Source: Perkinsus chesapeaki ATCC PRA-425
Lineage: Eukaryota; Protista; Perkinsozoa
Direction of reading: 5' to 3'
Length of the DNA stretch: 64,000 bases
NCBI GenBank assembly: GCA_013115145.1
Contig: JAAPAO010000021.1
Location: forward strand, 1-64,000
Shown here: positions 23,601 through 35,213 of the stretch, in pieces
How positions within the stretch are numbered: position 1 is the first letter of the stretch
How the letters are laid out: every line of letters begins with the position of its first letter
The notes under the pieces: generated by a model
Told to the model about the DNA's origin: nothing
Database searches by the model: none
The model's input: the letters and a program-made list of their open reading frames with translations, nothing else
Program-made: the position numbers and the translations under genes

Positions 23601-26357
23601 TTACCTCGGAGACACTCTCACTGTTGGTGATACTGCAGACTGGTATACAATCAGGCTACCGTATTCTTAACGACCATAACAATGACCACTGGATCGGTAA
23701 GCCATAACAACTGCAGCACCACCCCTATTGGATATCGCTGTGCGTCAGATATCCTGTGCCACGCGCCGCTGTCATCACTGATAGAATCGAGTGGCAAGCG
23801 GTGGACGGAGGATCGTTCTGCCTTGTCGGCCCTGGCTTCGGCAATCCTAAAGGAGTCTGGATGCTCCAAGGACGTTGTTGAAGCAGTGTCCCGTTTGTGT
23901 CCGACAGTGAGTTGTCTTGTGGGTCAGTAATGGGGTGGGGATTTGGGTCATGCTCAGATACTTGGGCACGTGGACGCCGCAGCGGTAACGGCGGCCCGGC
24001 CGATGGGCTCGGTGAAGGGGGACGCTAGTAGGCAGCTGCTGGTAGTGTTACTTATGAATACAGTGAACTTCGCTATAAGGCTTCCTTGAACAGGTGTCTC
24101 ACTTGTCGACTATACTATCATCAAGAGCACTACAAGAGCTGCCTGAGTCTCTGGCTAGTCTACGAAGATTGGCAGCCTACGATCCAAAGGAGGCGCTCGA
24201 CCAGCTAACTAGATGCTCCGAGGTAGTAAGGGAGGATGCGGCCTGCGGTGCTGTGCGTGACGACGACACGGCCCTGAGAATACTTTTTGGCGTTTCACCG
24301 CTCTACTCGTATTTTTCGCTTCTACCGGTGGTCCAGGTGAGCGAAAAGGCTGTGAAGGCTGTGCTGGATGGAGCCGCCCCTCTGATGGCTACCGACTCCC
24401 AGTGCCTAGCGGATGTAAGCCTCACACCGTTGCCCACCTTCCCTCTCTCTTTCAAGGTTCTGTATGCCTGTGGTGTGCTTTCTAGCGGCAGTTGTCCCCG
24501 TGCCTTATCGATTGCTCTGGAGCGTGTCATCGGCACACCAGGGCTGGCTGAGGCTATTGTCAAGGTAGGGTGGGCCAGCTCTATGGCCAATGGGACCTGC
24601 TGCGGGCCTCAGGTGCCCTCAGCTAACGTAGTCAATCGGGTAGTGTTACTCTTAAGCGATGCCCTCAACGGACGAGAGGCCCCTGTTGCCGATGCTGGCA
24701 ATGTGATTCTGGAGCCAGTGGCCGCTGGAGAGCTCCTGCAAGCTGTGTATGTCCTCCGTGGAAAGCACGTGAAGGCGGCTACAGTAGGCTACCGTTATAG
24801 TGGGGTAGGGGAGGGACGTAAAGGCCCGAGTTGTAGGTACTGAGGAGCCTATCGACGATACGTGCTGATGGAGTGACACTAGAGCAGAGGAAGCATTGGT
24901 TGCAGTCAGCTGTTGACTGTCTACGAGTTGCTAATGAGGAGAAATCCGAGCTAGCGGTAGGCTGAGATAGGCATTCGTCCACCTTGGAGACACTGTTAGG
25001 TTCAAATGGGGTACATTCTATGCACCACTACCTATGTGCAGCTGCCTATGCTGCGTGAGACACAGTACATGCTGAAGCATAGTCACAGTCATGCAGGGTA
25101 GTAAAACACACTGTCGAGTCGGAAAGTAGTCATCTTGTAGATCGGTATCGTGGTCAACTGAGGCTACTGCGGCCACCGCTGAGCTCGGCAACGAGCTGCT
25201 GCCACTGAGCACACTGTAAGACCGCAGCTCATCAGGTCGTAGTGGTTCATCTGATCTTAGGTTCTCATGGGCCAACAGGCTCCGCTTCCCTCAGTTCCAG
25301 ATGGCATGCGTTACCAACTCCCTGCAGCAGACTGCGGTTTCAGCAGATGGTCAGCAGGCCGCTGCCGCCGCCAGCACCTCTGAACGCTTCCTTCATCTTT
25401 AGATATTCTCCGTTACTGGGTCACCGTATGCTTCCCCCTCCCCGATGGGCCCTACTGCCGTCTATCGGCCATGCCGTAAGTGCTTTCATCTCGACCTATG
25501 ATCGGTTCCTGAGTTAGGTTCCTGAAGCCAGTGGACCTATTCGGTTATCTGCTCTACCCTGGCAGGGGCGTACCCTACTTCATGAGGTTCGACGACAACT
25601 CAAACGGAGCTCCTCCTCAAACTGGCGACTTTGTCGATGCCGCTCGGAGGTCAGGTCGCCGTGACATACCTGGTTGATACATTAGCCATATCAGGTTCTG
25701 CGGGGAGCTATGTCAGATAGCCGAGGCCTGCCGAAACGGTAGTGTGGAGTTAGCTTCACCGTGCACTATATACCCCACTTAGATACGGTCTTGCAGGCTG
25801 AGATTGTCGCAGCGGTCTTGGAGTACTGCCATGCGGTTGTTAGGGAATATAACGGAGAGGCAGATGAGGAAAATGACGATGTAGACGATATCCCCCAAGG
25901 GCTCGGAGTCCTCACTGACCGGTTCTATTCAGGTGCTTGCTATTTGCCGAGGTGTTGTCTACGAGTTCTGTGGTGTCTCCCTCCGATCCCTTCTTACCAT
26001 ATATGAGCACCTTGAGTCCACTCACAGTAAGCCCCACTTATCATCTCTAGGCAGCAGCCTCCCGTATCACCATCTGCCTTTTTAGAAACCTGGTTGCGGC
26101 GTATCCGAGACCATATGCCTTCATCGGCGGCCCGCTCGCCCCTTCATCTCCATCACACTAAGGTAGGTGGGCCTGGTAACTGGTATCTGCCGTTATATGC
26201 ATTCTAGGTGCAAGCTCACATGAGGCTAGTTCTAGATGCTCTCCGGTGTTGGGTAAGGGAGGAAGAGGATCGCCTACTGGACCGGAGCAGAGGTCTTCCA
26301 GCTCTCGGGGGTGGGATGAATGATACCCCTCACCAGTCCCTAGCCGGGCTTACGTAA
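20698..26357 (+). CDS. NUP155: Nucleoporin Nup155/Nup170, multi-exon
   Basis: GLHAPLSLLWMAVDDTLYLWNF (cf. GIFPEI.RAW.TVDN.LYLW), CAIGEPRPGVFGDV (cf. L.KPKPGVF) and TKGGRILLWG...GVYELVY (cf. GRIF.....LYE..Y), followed by a long helical region. Confidence 0.7.
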
Positions 26358-26523
26358 CACTACTGTTTATCTTCAATAGGTTATTCCGATTAACGTTTCC
26401 AATGCTGCTAGATCCACTGAGTTGCTTCCGGAGGGAGCGGTCCGTGCGCTAATATCATTCTTTTGGTTCGTTATTTCGTTGGCTTCCCACTCGCCTTTGG
26501 GAGTGCGGCTGATATCAAAGTAA

Positions 26524-28290
26524 ATGACATCTCCAAGCGCTACACAGGCCGCAGCAGCAGCCCTACAGGAGCAGCAGGAGCCTCCCCCTGCTGACGGTTT
26601 GGAACCCAATCACATACAGCTTATTCGGAACACCGCGCTGGGAGTGATACGAAATGGCCCCCAGTTCGCTGAGTGGCTGCAGACCAAACGTCGTGGTGAT
26701 AAACAGTATACTTTCCTCTTTAAGGGGTTGGGGCATGAGTACTATCAATGGTGCCTTGCCAATCCAGAAGAGTGTAAAAGGTTGGAGGATGCAGCACAGG
26801 AGGAGCAGCAGGCAGAGGCGGAGGATTCAGCTTCTGATTCCAGTAGCAGCAGCGGTTCCGAGTCGGATAGGAGCTCTAGGAGCAGAGATAGAAAGCGCAG
26901 GTCACGGTCTAGGGATCGCAGGCGACCTCGAAGCCGCTCGCGCAGACGCAGTCGGGGGCGATCGGATAGCAGACGTCGGCGCTATTCCCGGTCCCCTAGA
27001 TCGCGCAGGATGCGATCTCCTCGACCAACATCATGGCGAAGACGTGACGATGAAGGCAGTCGCTACAGAAGAAGGTCGAGGTCACGCAGATCTCGCTCGG
27101 GCAGAAGACGCTCGGGTTCTAGGAATAGACCAGCTGAGCGATCCAGCCAGTCTAGGGAGAGGTTCCTACAGAAAGCTCGGGAGTGGTCGGCGGAGCGAAG
27201 GAGAAGATCTGAGAGTAGAATTAGGAGGATGAAGGAGCGTGAGGAGGAAAGAGAGAAAGAAAGGGCAAGGGAGCTCCCGACTCAGGAGGCGAGGTTCCGA
27301 GACCGGGGCGGCGCCGGACAGCCGTGGTCAGGTTATCGTGGTAGAGATTATGAAAGGAGGCCCATGGGGAAGGGTATGGGCGGCCCGCGTAACTATTGGA
27401 ATCGCAGCCCGACTGCTAGGCAAGTAGCTGCCGCTCCAGAGCGTCCAAAGCCAGTGAAAGCGAATAAGATGTACGGATGGAGTGATGATGAGTATGTTGA
27501 AGGAGACAGCCCAAAATCTGACGACGAAAATAACGTTGAACATCTGCCTGCGAAGGATCATGTTGTACCTGATGAGGCGAAGGGATGGTATAAAGGATCG
27601 GACAATCGATGGAGGCGCGCAAGAATTAGGCCGACACCAGTCCTCACGGTCAAGCTGGATCATCGGGGTCAGGTGGTTCATGCCAAGAGTAGTGCCGAAC
27701 GGCTCGCTATGCTAAAATCGAAGCTGCTATCGGGAGGGAAGAACGAGGAAGAGGATGATAAAGGGGCGTCACCATCAGCAGCAGCAGCAGCAGACAAAGC
27801 GGATGACACTACTACCAAAAACGAAGCGGTTGTGCGAGAGCCCAGCGCGGGACGGGAGGCAGATACGGATGACACTCCAAGGGCCTCGAGGATGAAGGTG
27901 AGTGCAGAAAAACGCAAAGCTCGTAGCAGCAGCATAACCGTGGAGGAAAAGGATGATAAGGAGGAATCACGTAAGCGGAGGAGGGCGGAGAGTAACAGTG
28001 ATGGAGGAAAGAAGAGACCGCAGGTCGAGGATAAGGAGGTAAAGGACAAATCTAGGGAGAATAAGGCATCCTTGTCACCAAGAAAGAGGGTAAGCTATTG
28101 CGGGGAATCTTTCGGATTTGTGAGGGTAACTGAGACTGGCGTCGTGTTAAGCTACTAAACTTATGTAGCATCTCATGAAATGACAGTATTATCACTTATT
28201 GCTCCTTTACAGGCTTCCATGTCACCATCTGTAGAGGATCGACAGAAACAGCTTAAAGAGAAGCTATTAGGTTCAAAGCGGAGCAGGTAG
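26524..28290 (+). CDS. SURP (SWAP) domain, RS-rich putative splicing factor
   Basis: LIRNTALGVIRNGPQFAEWL...YTFLFKGLGHEYYQWCL matches the SURP module. Extensive RS dipeptides follow. A short last exon ends at TAG 28290. Confidence 0.75.
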
Positions 28291-28506
28291 GCACCTACAA
28301 CCACTTTAAGTGTAATTGTATTACTCAGTGACGATGCGAGGTCCTAATAATGACGTGTACTAATGCGAGTAGCTGGTATCAGCCCTATCGTAGACAAAGG
28401 TTGCTTTTTCCGTAACATTGGGCGAGCTTTGTGTTATAAAGTAGGCAAGTCACTCAGTAACGCAACACATGCACGACAGATGAACACTTGACATGAAACA
28501 ACATGA

Positions 28507-30082
28507 TTATTTGATGCGTCCCTTTGGCCGCATCACCTTGGCAAGATCGGTTCTCAACCTAAAGTGCCAGTTATTCTGACACCTCTAGCTACACCAGTCT
28601 ACTCTCTAACTTTCTCTTCAAGCAAGGCATTTTCCTTTTCCACCTCCGCCACATAACCCTTATGTTTGTATATATCAATTTCACAGTCAGCTTTCTCAGC
28701 CAGTAGGGTGTGCAGTTGCCGTCGAGTAGCGTCGTTAGCAAGCTACCAGTGACCGATGCCATCAGCGCACCCTACATCTACATACTTCCGCTTTGGTGAT
28801 TCTCGTTCGGATGTCCTCGATCTCTCGAGCGCTGTCCTCCAGATACACTTTCTCATCCGTGATGTGATCCGAGCTGCTCTGTCGAAGAGCCTCGAGTTGA
28901 GTCTGCATGAGTCTCAATGTCTCCAACACCGCCGATCGTTCTTCCTCCAAATGTGATAGACGTAGAGCGATGCCTCGCTCCACCGCTGACGCCTTCGCCT
29001 TCTTATTCATGACACATCTGACGCGTAATAGTAACTTGCATTTCACAGCATTACAACTACCGTCGTTCCTCTTGTAGCCGCATAGATAATCGATTCAGAC
29101 ATCTCGCCAACCGATCATTCACGCTGCGGTCTTCAACAGTAACAGTGTTGACAGTCTCCGAGGGGCAATCAGTTCCCTTCATCATTTTACCTTTCATACT
29201 TCCTAAGAACACCCTAAAGGACCAGAAGACTACTCATCAGCGTGTTCTCCAGTTTTCGTCGATTCTCCCGTAGCTGGTCGGAGGCCTGGACACCAATTCA
29301 CTGCGGTGGAGCGAGCGGTACCCACATTCCCATTGGACAGTCTGCACTCTATTAGCCTTTCATTCGCCTCGATACCACCCATCACCGCCGCCACTCCGTC
29401 TTCATTCAATGCATTCTCTTCCATATCTTTATTACAATTACGTCACTCTAGGAACCCACTGTGATCAACTCACCCAGGAAGCGAATTGAGCGGTTTTGCG
29501 TCAGCAAGCGCCTAATAGGCTCCATAGCCACACCGGTCAATCCGGTTGCCTTTAAATCGAGCTAAGAAGCCCTTGCAAACTGCTGCACCGTTAAAGTCAG
29601 TTATCACCTCCTCCAGAGTATTATGCGTCCCTAATGCATCACATATAGCCTCGAACCCACTAATATCATCATGCTCGACCAAGGGATTGTGGCGAAGGCT
29701 CAACCTGAAGAACCAGTGAGTCTGCTCTACAAACCAAATGGTTCACTGCCCAATTTCATTGGTGCTATTTTGGTAATGAGTTTCTGTTAAATACCTCCAC
29801 CATTGCCCCTATCGACAGAATCCCAGGCTACCTTTTTAAGAGAGGAGCGTATCGTAGTGTGTGCGCCAAAACCTTTGCTCTATCCGGGCCTATACTATTT
29901 CCACGTAAATCGACGGTTCTTAGCAAAGGATTGCGACTGAAAGCCGTTCGGTATCGTCAGGCGTCTAGTGATTCGGCCATCTACCGTATTTTAGATAGGA
30001 CGGCCTCGAACTCCGAGTCATCTAAATGAGCAAACCATACACGAAGACGATCATTCTCGATGATTGGGGGCATCATCAACAT
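28507..30082 (-). CDS. RNI-type LRR + coiled-coil protein, multi-exon
   Basis: Exons LRTVDLRGNSIGPDRAKVLAHTL and LSLRHNPL are LRR-like. C-terminal heptads LEEERSAVLETLRLMQTQLEAL follow, ending RLRTDLAKVMRPKGRIK*. Confidence 0.55.
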
Positions 30083-30577
30083 TTGCCTATGGCGTCGAGA
30101 GAGCGAGCAGAGCGATGCACTTGATTCACTTGCATACTTGCGTTACCTTACCTACTTGCGTAACTTCTTCTACTGCTGTACCGAAGAGATTCAACGCCTC
30201 GTAGTCCGCCACCAAACAATCAGACTTTCTGTCTCCTTATTCCATTTGTTAACAACGATTGACGCTTTGCGTATCAGTCGCATGTATAATATGAAAGACG
30301 ATCATAACACATTAATACTTCTAAAAGGCGAGCCCCAAATGACAATCAGTTTGCTGGGCCCGGAGAATCAAAACGCGCTGGAAGCTAGACATTGTGGCTA
30401 GACTTCCGGGGTAGCGATGGGAGACACTTCTCTAGCTTGAGTTGTGCCCGCCAACTTCGCGACCCCAAACTTGGTGCGGTTTTGGAATGAGACTCCACGT
30501 ATTAGTGCTCTTCCGAGGTGAACGTCGTCTACGATCAATTATCCTAACATAGATTACTTATATTTCCTTTTATAAAC

Positions 30578-31089
30578 ATGGCTAGGAAGATGGCCCTCGT
30601 GGCGCTGTGCGCCCTCGTGGTATCAGAGCTGTCAGGATGCAGCAGCTCCGATGGAACAACCACCACGGCTACTCGTAATAACTCGTCCATCGCTCAATTC
30701 TTAGAGTGTCATCTCTCTTCATCATTCACTGTTATTCCCTTTCAGCTATCACTACCGAAGTCACCACACATGCTGCTTTCCGCACAACTGCTGCACAGCA
30801 GACCACTACAAGTGGCACTACTACTACTACAACGGCGAGTACAGAGAACTGCATGAACGGCGACTACTATTGCCAAGTTATGTCCAACAACCCCAATAGC
30901 TTTTGTCGATACTATAGGGGCCTGCGGACTTGTCAAGGTTTCGACATTCCATGTAATTGCGATGATTTACCGCCTACTACGACGCCTCCACCGCCGACTA
31001 CCGCCTCTAATCAAACCAGCTCCACCGAGGAAAATTCCGATGTTCATACTAATAAGGCCGGGTCTAAAACCGGAGATGAACCCTTTTAG
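30578..31089 (+). CDS. Secreted Thr-rich (mucin-like) protein with 6-Cys module, copy 1
   Basis: Signal-like MARKMALVALCALVVSELSGC; phase-1 intron 30675-30745; poly-Thr stalks flank CMNGDYYC-x10-C-x8-C-x6-CNC. Confidence 0.7.
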
Positions 31090-31955
31090 CCCGGCAGTTG
31101 GCCGGTTCCCCGTGAAGGGGATGAATGGCAGTTCCTATATTGATGCCCAGTATTCTATCCCGTTCCTTCTACACGGTGAACCTATAGTGTTCATTCATCA
31201 TTAGTGTATTTATTAAGCGACTCTTAACTATATGCCTCTTCCTTTTTGACACATTTCTCTCTGTCGAGTTAAGCGAGTGAGTGGGGCATAGCGCAGCATC
31301 CTATTGCGCACCACGCACCAATGGTCAAAGGCCAGTGTGGCTAGCGAATCCAGGCTAACAAAGGATGAAGTACTTATCTGTCTAATCGAGGCCTTTCCGC
31401 CATACTATTCCTACAAGCTGGATCACAGTATATAACCAAACTCCTCACCCTAGATTCTGTAAGGCGTGGTAAAAGTATAGATTATGCGCAACACGTATCT
31501 CGCGCTATGAAAGACCTGGTTGAGACCCCGGTGGTCTTGCGAAAGTTGTTTTACGTGTATCAGTTCACACACAGTTTGACCGACGGATTCATTCAGACTA
31601 AGACTCTCTGAATAACAGGAACCGATTACAGCAGACGTACCTTGGCTGAAAAGTGGGCTATTTCTCTAGCTATAGTCTGTATGCAGCGCGTACAGTGGCG
31701 CACGAATGGCAAGTGGGTAAATTGTTGTAAATGATGCGCCATTGGCCGCGTCAAGGTCACCTGACGCACTCAGTTAGCGTCCAGTTGGAACCGGTGCTCG
31801 GGTTAGATGAATAAATGCCTAGGTCAGACTGCCGCCTTTTCCTCCAAAATGCGGCTTTCTGCACCGTGAGCAGCACATGTCACGTCTCCCTCCACGTCAC
31901 CTCTCCAAAGGTTCGGAAGTTCGTTCGACGACATCTCAAACTCAAATATCACTGC

Positions 31956-32532
31956 ATGACTGCCTTCCCATGGCTGCTATCAGCCCTAGCCATCGCGGAA
32001 ATGGCATTGTACTTTTGTGGATGCGGCACACCTCCGACACGACGACCAACACCTGGTAGGGTTGCTCCCGTTACGCCAACGGCTCGCTCTCACTCTTCTG
32101 CCCCCCTTTCGATCGTTCTTCATTCCTTCAGAGATGAAGCGAACTACGCTGGAGCCCACGGCCTATACAACTGTATGGACACAAGCTGCGAAGACCACCA
32201 CGGCCCGAATTATGAAGGCCACCACGACCCCATTATCTACCAGAGAGCCTGGAAATTGTGCTTTCGGTGATATGGCGTGTCGTATGGCATCGTTGGACCT
32301 CGACGACCGATGTCTGTACTGGAAGACCGGTGAGTGTGAGAAACTTCCGGGGCAGACATGCTCCTGCATTCCACCTACCACTACGACTCTTAATATCGCA
32401 GTTCCTACAACGTCTACTGACTCCGCGGTCATTACTACCACAACAACAGCAACAATAACAAAGACGACAACAACGGCAAGGGCAACGAGGAACACTGTCC
32501 GCATACCAGTTTTTTCTCCTCCAGACCCTTGA
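31956..32532 (+). CDS. Secreted Thr-rich (mucin-like) protein with 6-Cys module, copy 2
   Basis: Signal-like MTAFPWLLSALAIAEMALYFCGC; phase-1 intron 32056-32131; Thr-rich stalks flank CAFGDMAC-x10-C-x7-C-x7-CSC. Confidence 0.7.
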
Positions 32533-32712
32533 CGGGTCCAGGCCCTCGACCCGAGGGTGTCAATGCAAGTTACGTTATGTAACAGGGATGAATCTTGGAT
32601 TATATGTATCGATTATTATTGCACTTTCTTGCCACCTGAGCAGGCAATGACTTCAGCGTTGAGTTAACATGTACTTTAATCCTCATCGTGGTTTCTGTTC
32701 GCAAGGAAATAC

Positions 32713-35135
32713 TCAGCCTCCTTCCAGAGGATTGAGTCGGGCCATTCTGCACTCGTAAACGCAAGAGAGTAGAGGGAAACCATTATCTTTATCGCCGCTC
32801 CGGAATACTTCCAATGAGGAACTTGTGGAGGCTATCAGAGTATACATGGAATCGCGACTTCCTCGTGTCGGCACTGCGACGAACATCGTCTGGTACGTGC
32901 CAAAATCTGCCTGCCAGCGAGTTTTGCTCAACTCCGAGATGCTTCATGTCGGAGGCTCGCTTTTGGCTATGACAAACTCCATCACGGTGCAGAAATAAGT
33001 AGGGCAGCTTACAGGTGGCGAGCAAGAGCTACGTAAGGGGAGCAGCCTTCCACTTCTGACCACCAGTCAAACCAGCAAGAAACAGCGCGCACGTTATCCA
33101 TCAGCGTCGACACCTGCTGCAGGGTTGCAAATCGGCCAAATGATTAGACATATTATCCGAGTACGGTCTGATCGGGAACGCTCTTCAAAAATGAGTAAAG
33201 CTCTGAGATGCTCTGCTCCGGCCACCGTATGCTGAATTGGGACCAGTCAAGGAAGTCAGTGAAAGGAAGAATGAATTCATCAGAGAGGATTACTGGTACG
33301 CATCCTGAGGCCGTTAAGTATAATGCCCTGCCAGCTGCGGAAACTACTGACCGGCAAAGAAGGATTCGTAAAGGTGGTTAGTCCATGGAGATGTCCCAGC
33401 TGGGGCGATGCAGAACCGGGCTCGTCCCTGGGGAGCAGCTGTCACGTACATGAGCACGCAGACCCACCTTAAGCTCGAGATAGTTACTCACAAAACCGCC
33501 AACACTAACATCAGCATACTGAGTCAACTCTCGCACTAAGGTATTTCGAACTTCGCATCGTTCGTATCTGTGACGGTTTCGTAACCCCAAAGCCGTAGTT
33601 TTTTGAATAGTAGGACTCACGCGGAGTGGACACCACCATGGCGGCCGTGAAAGGTGACAAGCAGATCTCGCTCTTTGAGGGGCTTAGCGTGTTGCCTCAT
33701 GTACCTTTGTAAATTGTCTTGTTACTGTTCTATAGAAGTGCTTACATCGTTCGACCGCGGTCAGTGTGGCCAGGTATTATGATATCCTTCCAGGGGTTGT
33801 AGCATTGCTTAACATCCAGGTATTCAGCGACGGGCTCATTCCAAGTTGGGCATCTCCCTGGCACGAATGGCCTCACTGATTTGCTGACCGCCATGCTGCC
33901 CAACCCTCGACTAGTAAAAGTATTGAGGTCGACCTTATTATATCATAGAAGGAGAACTGGTATCTACCGTAGCCGGTCACGTTAACGCCGAGCCTGTCGC
34001 TTCTACGCCCCTTGGCCGTCAGCGAAGAGGAATATGTGATCGGCCCCATTCCGTCTTCGCCACCAGGGGGAGCTATGGAGCCACGCGAACAAAGGCTCGT
34101 AGACCTGCAATGCGCGAAAGCTCGCTTTTTTATGGTAACCACGTGTCCACGCAGCACCTCGGACGTCATGTCCTTGAGGCCCATGCCGTTCCGAGTCTGG
34201 ATACAGGTGCCATAGACAGGGACGTAGAACAGGTCTGCATCCTCGGGGTTCGATGTTCTATTAGAACTGAAGAGCCTTTTGCTCCGAGAGATGTTGAGTA
34301 TCGATCTACTTGCTTAGAAACCATTTGTGCACTAGGACCTCAACACCCCATTGCCCCATGCCGCACAGAAGAGGCGATTGTACTAGGCCCGCGAATATCT
34401 CATGCGGTGGCTCATACACGTAACTAGCTTGAAAGACGCATCGCCACAAGTTGGTCTAAAGTACACTGTGAGGCCATCGAGGCTGACAGGAGAAGGAGGT
34501 GCCAAGTCCAGCAGCGTGGGGTATGTGTAAGGAGTATCCATCTCCCAATCAGCAGTTAAGCTTTTCACGGCGAGGTCTCCTGCGTCGATGGCGGCCATTA
34601 CAATGTCCACCGCTCTCTGGTAACTGATGCAGGTGTCAGTGACCGACGTATTAGTTACTGAGTACAGCAATCTGGCTTCTTGCGTGCCACCGAATCTCGC
34701 CTCCAGAGCCAACAGAGCATTCAGCATGATGTCGGCGAGAGGCGCCGGGCACTTAGGGTTCTGCGGAAAGGCCGATGCTAGGTGAAGGGAAGCGTGTGTG
34801 TTACTTCCCCCGAGGCTGCCACCCGATCCAGGTAAGGCTCTACGCAGAGTTGATATATGGATGTAAGAAAATGCTGGGAAAGATTCAGATCCTCCCGCAT
34901 GTATCTAAGGTCCATGTGCTGGGCAAAGGCTTCGCGACCCTACGTGGCTTGGAACGCGGCAAACTCTCGGAAAAAGTCTTCCGTGAGACAGTCATCTATA
35001 CCGCCGGGGCACTGACAACCGGTAGTATCCGCTCGACGGATATGTCTCAGAGGAGCCTACTTCCAAGTGAGCATTATATTCAGAGAAGCCTTCAGCAAAC
35101 AATGGGACAAATATCAGGTACGCGTAGCGAGCCAT
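32713..35135 (-). CDS. Exostosin-family (GT47) glycosyltransferase with signal peptide, multi-exon
   Basis: Start MARYAYLIFVPLFAEG; spliced exons give QWGVEVLVHKWFLS, RTSNPEDADLFYVPVY, YNPWKDIIIPGH, WTNHLYESFFAG and CVPVILSDEFILPF..LDWSQFSIRWPE. Confidence 0.85.
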
Positions 35136-35213
35136 GGCAACTGCAGGACCCCACTGCAATGAAGGAGCATACCACCTCGAGAGTATTAATTAACGAACGC
35201 AGCCCCAATAACA

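Noticed and set aside
26654-28049. Alternative-frame and antisense ORFs over the RS-rich gene
   Set aside because: By-products of low-complexity RS and acidic codons.
32524-32557. Two small hairpins at the 3' end of mucin-like gene 2
   Set aside because: Stems of only 5-6 bp are expected by chance.
33966-33975. accgtagcc, similar to the start of a perkinsid spliced leader
   Set aside because: Only 9 nt match, and it lies within the GT47 gene; not an SL relic.
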